Shown here piece by piece: positions 33,927 to 45,500 of a stretch of 64,000 nucleotides of DNA. A program made the position numbers and the translations under genes. Source of the stretch: a virus (lineage: Duplodnaviria > Caudoviricetes); the IMG/VR virus record IMGVR_UViG_2645727545_000002, positions 32,001 to 96,000 of that record, one strand, 5' to 3'. Within the stretch, counting starts at the first letter, position 1. Every line of letters begins with the position of its first letter. The notes beneath the pieces were generated by a model. It was not told the DNA's origin. It saw nothing but the letters and a program-made list of their open reading frames with translations, and ran no database searches.

Positions 33927-34262
33927 CTAACATTCTTCCATATATGGATTATCTTTTAACCTATAATCACATCCTTTTGCTAACAAAAATTGTTCCCATT
34001 TCAATTTATCTTCGCTTGTTAAAGAAAAATCCACTTCCAAACCACAATCATAAACTGTTGGCATCTTTAAAGTGATTATATCCTCTATCTCAAATTCTCC
34101 ACCTTCGCCATCATCCCAACCACCAGTTGTCATTTCTACTGTGATTTTATTCCATTCTTTGTCTCTTTCAATGTTTACAATCTTAGTAGGATTGAACATT
34201 TCAGTAAGAATAAATTTAATTTCTTCATCTGTTAAACTAAGAAATTCTCTGTATTGTAACAT
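33927..34262 (-). CDS. Hypothetical protein
   Basis: ORF with RBS GAGGTG. Confidence 0.6.
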   Translation of the reverse strand: MLQYREFLSLTDEEIKFILTEMFNPTKIVNIERDKEWNKITVEMTTGGWDDGEGGEFEIEDIITLKMPTVYDCGLEVDFSLTSEDKLKWEQFLLAKGCDYRLKDNPYMEEC

Positions 34263-34282
34263 ATAATTACACCTCACGGATT

Positions 34283-34699
34283 TTAATCTTTTGAATAATA
34301 TGGTTTATTTATAACATAAGAACCACATGGAACATATGTATTTTTGCAAACTTTACATACATTAACAGAGCATTTACCGTTTTCGTCCATATAAGCACAC
34401 TCATGACTAACTACTTCTTGTACAGCTCTTATAATATCTTTATCTTCTTCTTTTTCTCCCAAAGAATACCAATCAATGCCGGAAATAGATTTTTTATCCA
34501 ATTTCCATTCATTACCAATAAGTTCTACTGTCGCAGTATAAAAACCACAACCACAATCATTGTCTTCATACTCAAGTTCATTATCATAAAATCCAAACAA
34601 TATAATTCTCTTTATGCTTGTATTCGGATATTTTAATACATCGTTGATATAATACCATTTACCATTCACTTTAAATCCTGAACCATTAACCGATAACAA
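34283..34699 (-). CDS. Hypothetical protein
   Basis: TTG start with GGAGG. Confidence 0.55.
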   Translation of the reverse strand: MLSVNGSGFKVNGKWYYINDVLKYPNTSIKRIILFGFYDNELEYEDNDCGCGFYTATVELIGNEWKLDKKSISGIDWYSLGEKEEDKDIIRAVQEVVSHECAYMDENGKCSVNVCKVCKNTYVPCGSYVINKPYYSKD

Positions 34700-34727
34700 T
34701 ATATTACCTCCTCATTTGATATAAAAC

Positions 34728-35438
34728 TTAGAATTCAACCGGATTTTTTAATTTAACAAACTTATCTCTATTTTCCACAAGAGCAGCTTGAGCAATGCTA
34801 TTAATCTTATTTTGACAAAACGCCTCGATCTCTCCTTTTGCTTCAAGAGCTGTTCTATCCATCTGTTCATCAAATTGTTCAACACAAAAATCTAAATTAC
34901 TTCCAATATTATATTTTACTTGTCTAAGTTGCGAAATAATTTCCTTGCGGTCTTTAACTCCAAGATTCTTTTTGTTGTCAATTGATTCCTGGATCTGATT
35001 TATTTGAGCTTGAACCTGTTCCATTGCTTTTGATATTGTATTACTAAATTCATTTCTAAATTGTTCTCTTTTCGAGTTGTTTTCTTTGATATAAGGAATA
35101 TTTCCGTCTTTTTCCGTAAATCGAATTGTACATGGAACTCCATCACCAACATTTAATGTAGAAATGCATTCTGCGAATTGAGAATAACTCATTTCTACCT
35201 TTGTTATTAAGCCACAACCATAATACCAATCATCATGTAAATGTCTGTCCTGTTTTCCATGTTTTAATGTCATAATAATTCTATCATTATGTTTAATACT
35301 ACTTCCAAATAGTGTGTTTTCTCCACCACTTACTCTTGAAAACCCAATCATTCCAAACGCAGGATGTTTAAATGTTTCTCTTTCCAAAGAAGCTCCCTGT
35401 TTCTCTACTGTTCTTTCTATTTCTTTATATTCAATCAT
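34728..35438 (-). CDS. Hypothetical phage protein
   Basis: HPAFGMIGFSR..LFGS..VEMSYSQFA..GDGVPCT conserved-looking motif. Confidence 0.7.
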   Translation of the reverse strand: MIEYKEIERTVEKQGASLERETFKHPAFGMIGFSRVSGGENTLFGSSIKHNDRIIMTLKHGKQDRHLHDDWYYGCGLITKVEMSYSQFAECISTLNVGDGVPCTIRFTEKDGNIPYIKENNSKREQFRNEFSNTISKAMEQVQAQINQIQESIDNKKNLGVKDRKEIISQLRQVKYNIGSNLDFCVEQFDEQMDRTALEAKGEIEAFCQNKINSIAQAALVENRDKFVKLKNPVEF

Positions 35439-35713
35439 AATAATCTCCTTTATATTCTTCCATAATAATCAATCCTACATTTCTTCCATTTCTTTTTACT
35501 TTAATAAACATCTTTTTCCGGAGTATTTTATTACAGTTTATACACCTTCGTCTTCTACTACAAAATTCTGTAATATCTTCAGAAGCTCCACATGGCTCAT
35601 CATTGTAATCAAAAAGCAAATCTCTAATTACTCTTTCTGTTATATAGTATCCCTTTTCTGAACCACAAAACGGGCATATTTTTTGTTCTTTCATAATTCC
35701 TCTTCACTTGAAA

Positions 35714-36808
35714 TCAATCTTTCAAACCATTTAATATTTCCAATCGTTTCTTGAACATTCCAACATATTCCGGGAAATATTCAAACCACTCATAATTCAC
35801 TTCTTTGATTTGATTTAATCCAATTTTTCCAACAGCATACAATGCAGCTTCTTTCTGGTTGACCTTTTTTCCGAAGCAAGTCTGACAATTAGAACCTTCT
35901 ATTCCATCATATGAGTTAAACGTCTTATTAAAATCCATCAGCGGATGAAGTGAAACTGGCTTGTTGTTTGCATTATTTACCAGAACTCCCCAGTTTCCCC
36001 AATGACGATCGGTATTTCCTACAAGATAGTCAACGATGTTCATCATATAATAATCATGTTTATCTAGCGACAAAATATATTTACGGATATTTCGATCATG
36101 GTTCTGTGAATAAATTTCAAATGCTTCCATAGACACAATGGAAAAGTCCTTTGATGTGATATTTTCACTTATAGTTACCGGTTCTTCAGCAAATACACTT
36201 CTGTTGTATATGACCTGCTTTACATCAAAACACTGACAAATTTTACTTGATAGAAGTTCCTTCTCGACAACTTCTATCCCTCCGTCTTTCAACAGAGAAA
36301 ATCCTTTTTCTGTCCGTTTCCAGGCTTTTGGGAAAACACCATTCGTAGATAAGTCTTTCGCCAGATCTTCATTATTTACCGTATATTGTTTTCCTCGCAG
36401 AGCAATATCTATAAAAATATTTTCAAGATGGTTATCATATAAATTGACTTCAGAAAATGTTATCTTTTCACCTTTATTTCTTACCCAGAAAACATCTGTC
36501 AATGATGTACACCTATATGATAACGCCACTTTTGCTCTATCCTTGTCCGTTACAGCCTGATTCATTCCTATACTGTTCAAAATTTCTTTAGCGTATTTTC
36601 TATCCAATGTGAGAACTCTTGTTGCACACCAATAATTGAAATTTGTAATATTATTAACAAGAGTATCAACATCTTCTTCTTCTTCAAGATATAGGTTATA
36701 CGGCATAAAACTTTTGTAATACACCTTACATCTTCCAGAAGAATCAATTCTTGCAACTCTTCTATCTTTATGCATAATTTCAAAAATATCGCTGTTCATA
36801 TTATACAT
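35714..36808 (-). CDS. HipA-like kinase
   Basis: STNGVFPKAW, DYLVGNTDRHWGNWG, PLMDFN. Confidence 0.8.
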   Translation of the reverse strand: MYNMNSDIFEIMHKDRRVARIDSSGRCKVYYKSFMPYNLYLEEEEDVDTLVNNITNFNYWCATRVLTLDRKYAKEILNSIGMNQAVTDKDRAKVALSYRCTSLTDVFWVRNKGEKITFSEVNLYDNHLENIFIDIALRGKQYTVNNEDLAKDLSTNGVFPKAWKRTEKGFSLLKDGGIEVVEKELLSSKICQCFDVKQVIYNRSVFAEEPVTISENITSKDFSIVSMEAFEIYSQNHDRNIRKYILSLDKHDYYMMNIVDYLVGNTDRHWGNWGVLVNNANNKPVSLHPLMDFNKTFNSYDGIEGSNCQTCFGKKVNQKEAALYAVGKIGLNQIKEVNYEWFEYFPEYVGMFKKRLEILNGLKD

Positions 36809-37151
36809 TCCTTTTCAAAATTTCCGTTACCTGCTGCGTAGTAACTCCATATACCTTTGCAACTTTTTTCTTGTCTTTGTATTTTTCATATTCTTCTATA
36901 ATGTCATTCTCTGTCCAGTTCTGTTCAATCGGCTCATTCATAAAGTTTTCCATCATGGTTTCTCCAATTTTCCAATTTTCCAAAATACTCTCTACGGAAT
37001 CATACGGACAAAACAACTTCCCGCTTCTCAACATAATTACATCAACCTTTTTCTTATCTCTGTAGATTTTCGTAAGTTCTGTGCTTATCTCATATGTTTG
37101 TCCTGTGCGAAACCCCATACTTCCGTCTCTACCAATATATTTTCCTCTCAA
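36801..37151 (-). CDS. Hypothetical protein with C-terminal HTH
   Basis: KKVAKVYGVTTQQV. Confidence 0.5.
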   Translation of the reverse strand: MRGKYIGRDGSMGFRTGQTYEISTELTKIYRDKKKVDVIMLRSGKLFCPYDSVESILENWKIGETMMENFMNEPIEQNWTENDIIEEYEKYKDKKKVAKVYGVTTQQVTEILKRNV

Positions 37152-37186
37152 TATCGTACCTCCATTACATATTATTTTAACACATA

Positions 37187-38187
37187 TTACAAATCAAGTA
37201 CAGCATCTGCTATAGTAGATTCATCCATGTGTACATAGTATCTTGCTGCTGTTTCCAAATTCTTGTGCCTTAATTGTCTTTGAACAAGAACAATATCTTT
37301 TGTTTCTTCATACAATTTACTTCCAACCCAATGTCTTAACATATGTGGGTAAATTTCACCTTCCGAATATAAATTAAAAAACCCTGTAATTGCACCTTTA
37401 CTTAATCTGTTATTTTCATTTGATAAAAACAATGCATTATCTTTAATTTTTCTCTCTGTTACGAAAAAAGTTCTAATTTTCAAATACTCCTCAATATTCA
37501 TTCTAGCCTGTTCAGACATATAAACTTTATCATATTCTTGTATATTTCCCTTTCCAAGAATCATCATATACGGTCTTTTTTCTTCGTATAGATGTAAATC
37601 GGAAATATCCATATTTATTAGCTCTTCTGAACGAATACCACTTCCTTTTATAAGTTGAACAATGGCAATATTTCTAATAATATTAAATTCATTTTTATTT
37701 CCATTCTGTGATATTTACTAAGAATTTTTCCACTTGCTCATCTGTAGGGATTTCTACTTCTTTATATTTTTTTTCAGATTTATATAGATTGCCAGGTATA
37801 TGTGAAATCACATTATCATCGACATATTTATTTTGTCGTAAATAATTCCAAAAAGCACTGAATACATTCTTCTTTGTATTGATAGAATCCAGTGAATTTG
37901 TTCTTCCTAAAAATCCATTTTTTAATTCGTTAAGATATTTAATAAGATTATTACTAGTAATAATCTGCATATCTGTTTCATTGATTTCTGCTATGCTTTG
38001 TTTATTTATATATTTATTATTGATCATCCAATTAAGCATGTCTCTAATATATATCCAATTAACTCTCTTTGTAGCCGCTGATTTATATCTATCAAAAAAA
38101 TCTGATATAAAATCAGGAATATCTTTTAATTCTTTTGCAAGTTTTTGTTTCTATTTTTTCTTTTGTTTTTCAATTTTTATAACACAT
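37187..38187 (-). CDS. Tyrosine recombinase (split in three by 1-nt shifts)
   Basis: RNIAIV..GSGIRSEEL (catalytic R), GKG, HMLRH, LRH, RYY; N-terminal core-binding domain. Confidence 0.88.
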
Positions 38188-38198
38188 ATAATATTCTC

Positions 38199-38444
38199 CT
38201 AAAATCCCAATGCTTCTGCAATATCTATTTTCTTTTGTAAATATTCTAATGCAGACAATCGTTCTGCAAATTCTTTTGATTCTTTTCCATGAAAATAACT
38301 AATCTCCCACAAGTCTCCATCATCTGTTCTATAATATTTCTGTTCTTGTGGCTTATTATTCCGAGTAAGGTATTCATATACATTTCGACAATACAATTTT
38401 TCATATTCTCCTAATAGAATATCTTCTCTTTTAATCTCCTTCAC
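38199..38444 (-). CDS. Hypothetical protein
   Basis: ORF in operon. Confidence 0.5.
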   Translation of the reverse strand: MKEIKREDILLGEYEKLYCRNVYEYLTRNNKPQEQKYYRTDDGDLWEISYFHGKESKEFAERLSALEYLQKKIDIAEALGF

Positions 38445-38770
38445 ATTTAATACCTTCTTTCTTTAAAATCGTGTTCCATGTAATAAACCTTCGGCTTTCA
38501 TTTCTGTAGCGAATTCAAAATCAACGTTGCAAATGTTGTAACTGTTATACATGGAGTTCTCCATATTCTTTATTCCCCTTTTTACTCTTTTACTTTGTTC
38601 TTTGAACAAATATTCCATGCTATCCTTTTCTCTTCTCATAATATTCCTCCTGTTTTTGCAATAAAAAACAATCAGATATCCCCGATTGTTTTAATTGATT
38701 AGCTTTCTTTTCTTATATACACTACAAAAGTCACCAGGACAATTTCTGATGACTTCTAACTATACATACA

Positions 38771-38908
38771 CTATCTTCCTTTTTTTGCTTTCTTCCATTC
38801 ATATTCCCATCGTTCATCTTCTGACATTTTACTTGTCTTATGATCTTCCGCCAATGTAAACAAACCTCCAATAACAAGAACAATCAACCCAAAAATAATT
38901 CCACCCAT
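38771..38908 (-). CDS. Small single-TM peptide (45 aa)
   Basis: RBS GGAGG; MGGIIFGLIVLVIGGLFTL followed by charged tail. Confidence 0.55.
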   Translation of the reverse strand: MGGIIFGLIVLVIGGLFTLAEDHKTSKMSEDERWEYEWKKAKKGR

Positions 38909-39028
38909 AATGTTTACCTCCAAATATTTTTTACTTTAAACTATCACTGAGATTTTCCAAAAACGCACATAGCATCAATAAAAATATTCCTCCAATTAAC
39001 GCTCCCATATGCATATCCCCACCCTTCA

Positions 39029-39580
39029 TTATCCATTATATATGTAAGCACACTTATGTGCAACACCACTCTGCGTTCTTCCTAACTCTTTTGCAACTTC
39101 TCTATAAGACATTCCTCTACGCAACATGGATTTTGCATAGTTTATTTCCATATCTGTCCAGTATTTTCCTTTGTTTGGTCTGTCATATGAGAATTTTTCA
39201 CACCTTACCCACGCCGGTTCCAAAGCCAATGTCATACAATTATACCTAGACCAGTTGATAATATCCTTATGCTGTTCAGCCCATTTCCAAAAATTTTCAA
39301 GATCAATCATATATTTTGTGCAGCACGAACATTTAAATTTCCGACATGGAAGATCATATTGATTTATCCACTTCATGACTACCTTATGAGTAACATTGAA
39401 ACCCTCAGCAAGTTTATTCACGCTTAAAACATCATGCACCTTGCTCAAGCCCATATCCAAAGCCTTTTTTACAACTGCACGTTCTGTTCTATTAAGTCTT
39501 TTTGCTGTAATTGACACAGCCTGATTCAAATATTTTGATTCCAAGTACTTTATTTCTCGTTCTGTCCATCTTCTAGCCAT
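39029..39580 (-). CDS. Multi-HTH (Myb-like repeat) DNA-binding protein
   Basis: WTEREI..AKRLNRT and WTDMEI..AKELGRT. Confidence 0.7.
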   Translation of the reverse strand: MARRWTEREIKYLESKYLNQAVSITAKRLNRTERAVVKKALDMGLSKVHDVLSVNKLAEGFNVTHKVVMKWINQYDLPCRKFKCSCCTKYMIDLENFWKWAEQHKDIINWSRYNCMTLALEPAWVRCEKFSYDRPNKGKYWTDMEINYAKSMLRRGMSYREVAKELGRTQSGVAHKCAYIYNG

Positions 39581-39582
39581 AT

Positions 39583-39891
39583 CTACACAATCTCTCTTGG
39601 AATATAATCTGCTAAATAATCTTCTTTCCTCTCTTTGAAACGTATTTTTAAATATCCAACATAGTGGAATTTAATTCCATTCTCTTCGAGCAATCCCTTA
39701 AAAATATCTCCAATAGGTTCACATACATCTGTACATGAATTAAACTTTCTAGTTGCTTCTCCGGCAAGACTCTCCACCTCTCTCTGTCTATCTAATGGAA
39801 TCTGATATACTTCTGGTCTTGCTCCGTAACCTTCTTTGTATTCATTGTTATAGGTTCCATCAAAATCCAATACAAATAATGTCCACATCAT
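39583..39891 (-). CDS. Hypothetical protein
   Basis: ORF with RBS. Confidence 0.55.
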   Translation of the reverse strand: MMWTLFVLDFDGTYNNEYKEGYGARPEVYQIPLDRQREVESLAGEATRKFNSCTDVCEPIGDIFKGLLEENGIKFHYVGYLKIRFKERKEDYLADYIPREIV

Positions 39892-39965
39892 AATTTCTTA
39901 CTCCTTTATTTCCTGCTGCCAATTCTTTTAATATTGTCATTTCTCTCTCAAAAGAAATGTGAATT

Positions 39966-40202
39966 TCATTCTGCTTCCTCTAGCTTAACCGCTACGAGTT
40001 CATCTCCTCTAAATGTTGTAAATCCAAATGTAAACTGGAAATTGTAATCTTCCCTAAAACCTTTTTTAATCATATCTCTTATATCTTTAATGGTTTTTTC
40101 AGTATCTTCTTTGTTGTCATCTTTTTCAAATATAATTTTTTCATCAATTACATTTCCATTTCTCAAATAAAATTTACCTACAATTGTTACTTCCTTATCC
40201 AT
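39966..40202 (-). CDS. Hypothetical protein
   Basis: RBS GGAGG; bracketed by junction motifs. Confidence 0.55.
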   Translation of the reverse strand: MDKEVTIVGKFYLRNGNVIDEKIIFEKDDNKEDTEKTIKDIRDMIKKGFREDYNFQFTFGFTTFRGDELVAVKLEEAE

Positions 40203-40247
40203 TATTTTTTCCTCCAATTCTACAATAAGAAATGCGACTTTCATTAG

Positions 40248-40490
40248 TTATTTAATATACCATGAGTCTGTTTCAACAAACTCGATATGCTCCAAGTTAG
40301 AATTATATTCCTTTAATTTTTCCTTGTATTTATCTAATAAACTTCCGCCTTTACCTATCATAAATCCAGGTTTATCTGTACAAACTTTAATTGTATCTCT
40401 TAATTCTGGGAATACTCCAAGGAGAATCATTCCTTTTACTCCTGCTTCTTTCTTCCATTCTTTAAAAATGCTTGAAATTTCTTCTCTCAT
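40248..40490 (-). CDS. Stand-alone type II KH-domain protein (uS3-like)
   Basis: VCTDKPGFMIGKGGSLLDKYKEKL. Confidence 0.65.
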   Translation of the reverse strand: MREEISSIFKEWKKEAGVKGMILLGVFPELRDTIKVCTDKPGFMIGKGGSLLDKYKEKLKEYNSNLEHIEFVETDSWYIK

Positions 40491-40847
40491 ACTATATAAA
40501 CCTCTTTTCTTGAAATACGAGTTTCAAAGAAAACCCATCAACTGATTTTCTAACATTTCTTCCAATTCATCATCTACACTACAATTATGATCACATTCTG
40601 GATTGCAGCAAACACACCGTACTTCTGGATAATGTTTGCATTGTCCTGTTTTATTAATATTCTTTCTATAACTTTTTCCATCTTTTTCGATTATTTGAAA
40701 AGCCATATTAAAAGCCCCCTTAGATAAATTTCCGATTTTATCTTGAGATACTATCCTTTGTAGCCTTCGTATTTACACAATAATCAACTTCAATTTCTGC
40801 CACTTCTCCGTCTTGTAAATTACTAAATACAGTTCTCTCATAATTAT

Positions 40848-41225
40848 CTAATGTGATAATTTTGTGATTTTAACAATCCCATCTTCGTTATATACTTTTA
40901 TTTTCATATCAAACCTCCTAATAAAATCCTGATTTCCTATTATTATTTTATTTTTAATTTCTGTTCCGCATATAGGACAGAATTTTACTTTATCCATATC
41001 TGTTCCAAAATCATAACCACAACAAGAAGTTACACCGTCTACTAGATATGAAAACTCATTCATTTCATTTGTTTCGAACCATGAATTTGTACAATTATAT
41101 GGTGCTTGTCTACGTCCTTCAAAAATATCATTCTCTACAATCTCTTCCGCTTCTTCTTTACTATTTGCTTCTACTTCATATGATTTGCTATATGTTTCAT
41201 AATAATCTACAATATATTTTGCCAT
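40848..41225 (-). CDS. Hypothetical protein (DpnD/PcfM-like N-terminus, zinc ribbon)
   Basis: YEVEANSKEEAEEIV; FCPICG. Confidence 0.5.
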   Translation of the reverse strand: MAKYIVDYYETYSKSYEVEANSKEEAEEIVENDIFEGRRQAPYNCTNSWFETNEMNEFSYLVDGVTSCCGYDFGTDMDKVKFCPICGTEIKNKIIIGNQDFIRRFDMKIKVYNEDGIVKITKLSH

Positions 41226-41237
41226 AATCATTTCCTC

Positions 41238-41597
41238 CTATAATCCCATCAAATCTTTTCCGACACTAACACCATAAGTTTCTTCAAACCACTCCCAAAT
41301 TTCCTCTCGGTGTGTTCCTGCGGCAAATCCGTTCCACTCTTCCTCAATACATTCTGTTTCAGGATTCATTGGAACGTCTCCGAATTCTAACCACAAATTC
41401 TCGATATATTCTGCACGCCTGTATTCAAAGCTATCGTTCAGACCACGATTAACGATACATGCTAAATCAGCATCTGTGATTAAGAATTTCCGTTCTGTGC
41501 AATAGTCCATTATCGCATTGTATTCCTTATCACAAAATTCTGTATCATCTTCAATCTGATCAATTTTCAGTTCTTTTAGATATTCTCTTAATGACAT
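41238..41597 (-). CDS. Hypothetical protein
   Basis: LW..FGDVP..F.AGTHREEIWEWFEE motif. Confidence 0.6.
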   Translation of the reverse strand: MSLREYLKELKIDQIEDDTEFCDKEYNAIMDYCTERKFLITDADLACIVNRGLNDSFEYRRAEYIENLWLEFGDVPMNPETECIEEEWNGFAAGTHREEIWEWFEETYGVSVGKDLMGL

Positions 41598-42519
41598 ACT
41601 ATTTTCCCTCTTTCCAATGTTCCATATCTTCATTTTTCAATGCGATCATTTCCAACATTTGCAGCGTACTGAAACATTCATTTTGTTTTAAAATTTCCAG
41701 TTCTTCTGTGATACACTTTACTTCTTCATCTTTGTATTCTAAAGAGTCCGCATAATCCATATCTAAAGACAGATTATATAATATTTTCGCAATTTTCTGT
41801 GTGTCCATGTTGTTTCCCTCTCTAAAATCTGTATTTCAATTAGAATCGCTTATTGCACACGAATCAGCTATGAAAAGTTTTCCATTATATATACTTGCAT
41901 TTGTATCACTGTCTTGATACATTCTTTCATTTTGAAAATCGTAATTACTATATCCCTCACAACAAACAAAAACTTGCGTATCGTCTGACATATCTTTAAT
42001 AAATTCTCTTAATTCCCCTACTGTCACTATTTTCTTATTTTCGTTCATAATCTTTCCATCCTATCATGTAAATTTTATAAAAATTCATTCCCGGTAATCA
42101 CAAGCAGCACATTATATAACACTCTGAAGCAATCCTTATTATATTCTTTCTGTGCCATTGCTTGTAAAAGTGTTACAACGCATTTTATTTGATGCTATAA
42201 TTTGCAGAATTCGGAAAATTAAAAACATCCCATTTTTAGCCTTGTTATAACGGTAATAATTTTTTCTATTACTGTTATAACAAGGATTCCGGGGGTTCGG
42301 GGGATGGAAGATCCCCGTATTATTTCTGCACTATTTATTTTTCTGAAAATGGCATATTATAATGTGCTGATCAACATAAAAGATCTAAACCATTTTTCAA
42401 TTCTTGTTTCAATTCTTCTGATCGTTCCAGATTAGATAATTCAATCAACTGTTCTACCACATCTTCAATGTCATAATATGAATTTTCTCTGTACTGCTTT
42501 AGTTCTTCCATAATCATTT

Positions 42520-42774
42520 TTATACTTTTTCACCTTTTCTTTCTAATAAGTTAATTCCTTTATCAAGTAGATAAAATGTATCTGCTTGAATTGATTTACA
42601 TCCTTTATCTACATATCCTAATTCACATAGTTTTATTAATTTTCTATATGTAGTTGGTCTTGATGTTTTTGTAATTTTCATAATTTCCTGAATTGTCATA
42701 CCCTCAATAAAATTAGTACACTCATTCTTTTTCAGTAACTTCATAATAACAACGTCTAATCTGCTAATTTCCAT
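42520..42774 (-). CDS. Winged-helix protein
   Basis: MTIQEI..SRPTTYRKLIKLCELGYV. Confidence 0.65.
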   Translation of the reverse strand: MEISRLDVVIMKLLKKNECTNFIEGMTIQEIMKITKTSRPTTYRKLIKLCELGYVDKGCKSIQADTFYLLDKGINLLERKGEKV

Positions 42775-43097
42775 TATTTCTCTACCCTTTTCACTTTATC
42801 GTTTGAAAGCGTTCTTTTATTGTGTTACTGGATATAGGCAATCAGATTATTTTCTGTTTCGTCTGCAATCTGATAATCTAACCACCATTCGTGTATGGTT
42901 TCTTCTAACTGTTCTTTAGATATTGTACGCTTTAGATCATCCACTTTAGGCTTTAATTTTTCCGTTTCATATTCAACTACGAGACGTTCCTGTTCTAACG
43001 TCATGTCATCGTATGTAATAGTTTTTAATAACGATTCAATTAGTTTTGTTTTAATTTCTTCCATAGTAATGTCTCCTTTCAAAAGATATAGCAGCCG

Positions 43098-44266
43098 TTA
43101 AGCTGCTCTATCAAGTTGTGTTTTAAAATTTTCAATATAATTTTCTCCAGCAATATTGATCGGAAGAATCAAGAAATTGTACCCGTTTCCATCAATGTAC
43201 ATTGGAGCATTTCCTTGGCTTCCTCTGAATACCGGATTCTCTGAATCAATAACTGATAATGCATCCATAAGATAATGTGAATTGAATCCAATAAATAAGT
43301 CCTCGTCCATTACAAGATTTTTCGTTTCAATCTCGTCAAAAGTTTGATATCTGGAAGTCTGCAAATATGTGTAAAGTTTTCCGTTCTCACTATGAAAGAT
43401 AGTAGGTTTCTTTTCTTCTTTTACCATATCTGCGTTATACTTCATAATTTTTAACATTTCTTCCCTATCAGCATTGAATACAAAATCTCTGCTATCGCAC
43501 AACATCTGTTCAATATTGAAATATTGTCCATCAATTCTTCTGATAACGTATGTAAAATCTTTTCCGGAAATTCTGATATATTTCTGATCCTGATATACTT
43601 TGACTCCCGCATCTGATTTTTTATCCATGATTTTCTTGAATACTGGCAAGCATTTCACATGGAGTTTTACAGTGTCAAATGGATTTTCCGTCACTGTTAT
43701 AATCTCCTGGCTATCAAGTGATCTCATCCCAATTCTGCGATTGTCCATAGCCTCTACACGCTTCCGCTTTGTGTTGAAGTTGAATACATTCAGCATTTTA
43801 TTAACGTCATCTCCTGTAACAAATAAAGAAAGATTGGCGATTGTTTCCAATAACCAACTCTCCGTTGTTGTAATAATGTGCGCTTCTGTATCATCCATTG
43901 CTGGAAGAAAAATATCTGTATTCGCATACCGTGGAATAGTAACAATCTTTTTTCCGCACTTTATGTTTATTCTCTGCTGCATTTCCGCGCTAACATCTTC
44001 CAGCGTAACATCTCCGCTCATTTTGGAAATGATCTTGATATCGTCAATGTCAATCCCCAAACGCCTGGACTTGTGTTCCATGTGTTGTCTGTCTTGACTT
44101 CTGCAAAATGTTCCATATCAGTTCCCCACATTTTCACCGTTCCATCTTCTTCGACCTGAATATATAACTTTTTCAAGCTGTCAAGTGTTGCTTTCTTGTT
44201 AATAGCTGCCATTCCTTTTCTCATAATTTCTTTTAAATCTTTTGCATTCATTGTAAATTTTAACAT
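43098..44266 (-). CDS. DNA polymerase III beta (sliding clamp)-like protein (split near 44060)
   Basis: WGTDME, AMDNRRI, RRIDGQY, IGFNSHYLMDAL, FLILPI. Confidence 0.8.
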
Positions 44267-44305
44267 TATTACCTCTCCTGCTCCTTATATAAAACATCAC
44301 TTTCC

Positions 44306-44593
44306 TTATTGCACGAATTCGATTTCCCACACATTAGATTGTTTGCAAACACCATCTTCAAATTTCCAATCAGAGGACTTTCCGTATTCTATCCAACTTC
44401 CTTTTCCATTGTTAGCTAATGTAATTTTGCTACCTGGTTTTCCATCTTCAATACTGTAAAATCCGTTTGTCTGTACTACATTCGGCTTTCTAATCTGCCC
44501 CTCACATTCTGATCTGATATAGTGTTTTCTAATAATAAATTTACGTCCCTCTTTGATTACTCTTTTTAACTGTGCTAAATTTTTAATTTCCAT
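44306..44593 (-). CDS. Hypothetical protein
   Basis: ORF with RBS. Confidence 0.55.
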   Translation of the reverse strand: MEIKNLAQLKRVIKEGRKFIIRKHYIRSECEGQIRKPNVVQTNGFYSIEDGKPGSKITLANNGKGSWIEYGKSSDWKFEDGVCKQSNVWEIEFVQ

Positions 44594-45017
44594 GTTTATT
44601 TCCTCCCAATAACTAATCCCTGTTACAATAATCTAAAAAAGCGCCTATTGTTTCTTCTGCTTCGCACCTAGTCAAATATCTTCGCTTTTTACTTTTCTTT
44701 CTATGTAATGGTAATCCACACATCTTGCGTTCATTATTTCTTAATAACATTTTGTCCGTTTTTTGTTTCTTCCTGGTATTTATGTTCATACTCATTTCAC
44801 CTCTTAAAATCGTGCTTTCATCTTATTTACATTTTCATACACTCAATACAATTTTCAGCAATGTTACTCTCTGTTTTCCACTCGTCAATTCCAATACAAC
44901 GATTTTCACATGTTTCTTTCTCGTTACAACAAATACAACATTTTTTACATTTATCATTTTCTGGAACTGATATATCAATTAAGCATCTAAGCATTTTTAC
45001 TACCTCTCTATTTAAAA

Positions 45018-45500
45018 TTATCTTTTCATAGGTATCAATTCATCTTTATCAGCCACAAATTGATTAGCATTTTTTCTGTCGTTACAGTTTGGAAAATCAT
45101 CAACAGACACTTTTACTCTATCCATTGTTTCTAGCCCAATAACAGTAACAATTTTCCCGCAATGAGGATGTTCTACTTCAACCTGCTTCGTTGCTCTATT
45201 CATAGGATGCCATATAAATTTCATTCCTTCTTTGTATTCCAAACCATCTTTCATGTACTCTTTGCCTTGCCACTTATCAAAAGGAGTCCAATCATTTACT
45301 ACAAAACCACATCCATAAAAAGAACCTTCTGATACAAGATAATAATTTCCAGCTTTGCATACTCCAAAATCTTTCTTACAATAAATAACTTCACTTCCAT
45401 CAATGAAAAAATATTTTTTTAAATCCTGATATCCATAATCTTTTCTTTTATTACTAAATCTATAGGAATTACATTTCCAATTTTTAAATCTTTCCATCAT
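45018..45500 (-). CDS. Hypothetical protein
   Basis: ORF with RBS GGAGG. Confidence 0.6.
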   Translation of the reverse strand: MMERFKNWKCNSYRFSNKRKDYGYQDLKKYFFIDGSEVIYCKKDFGVCKAGNYYLVSEGSFYGCGFVVNDWTPFDKWQGKEYMKDGLEYKEGMKFIWHPMNRATKQVEVEHPHCGKIVTVIGLETMDRVKVSVDDFPNCNDRKNANQFVADKDELIPMKR

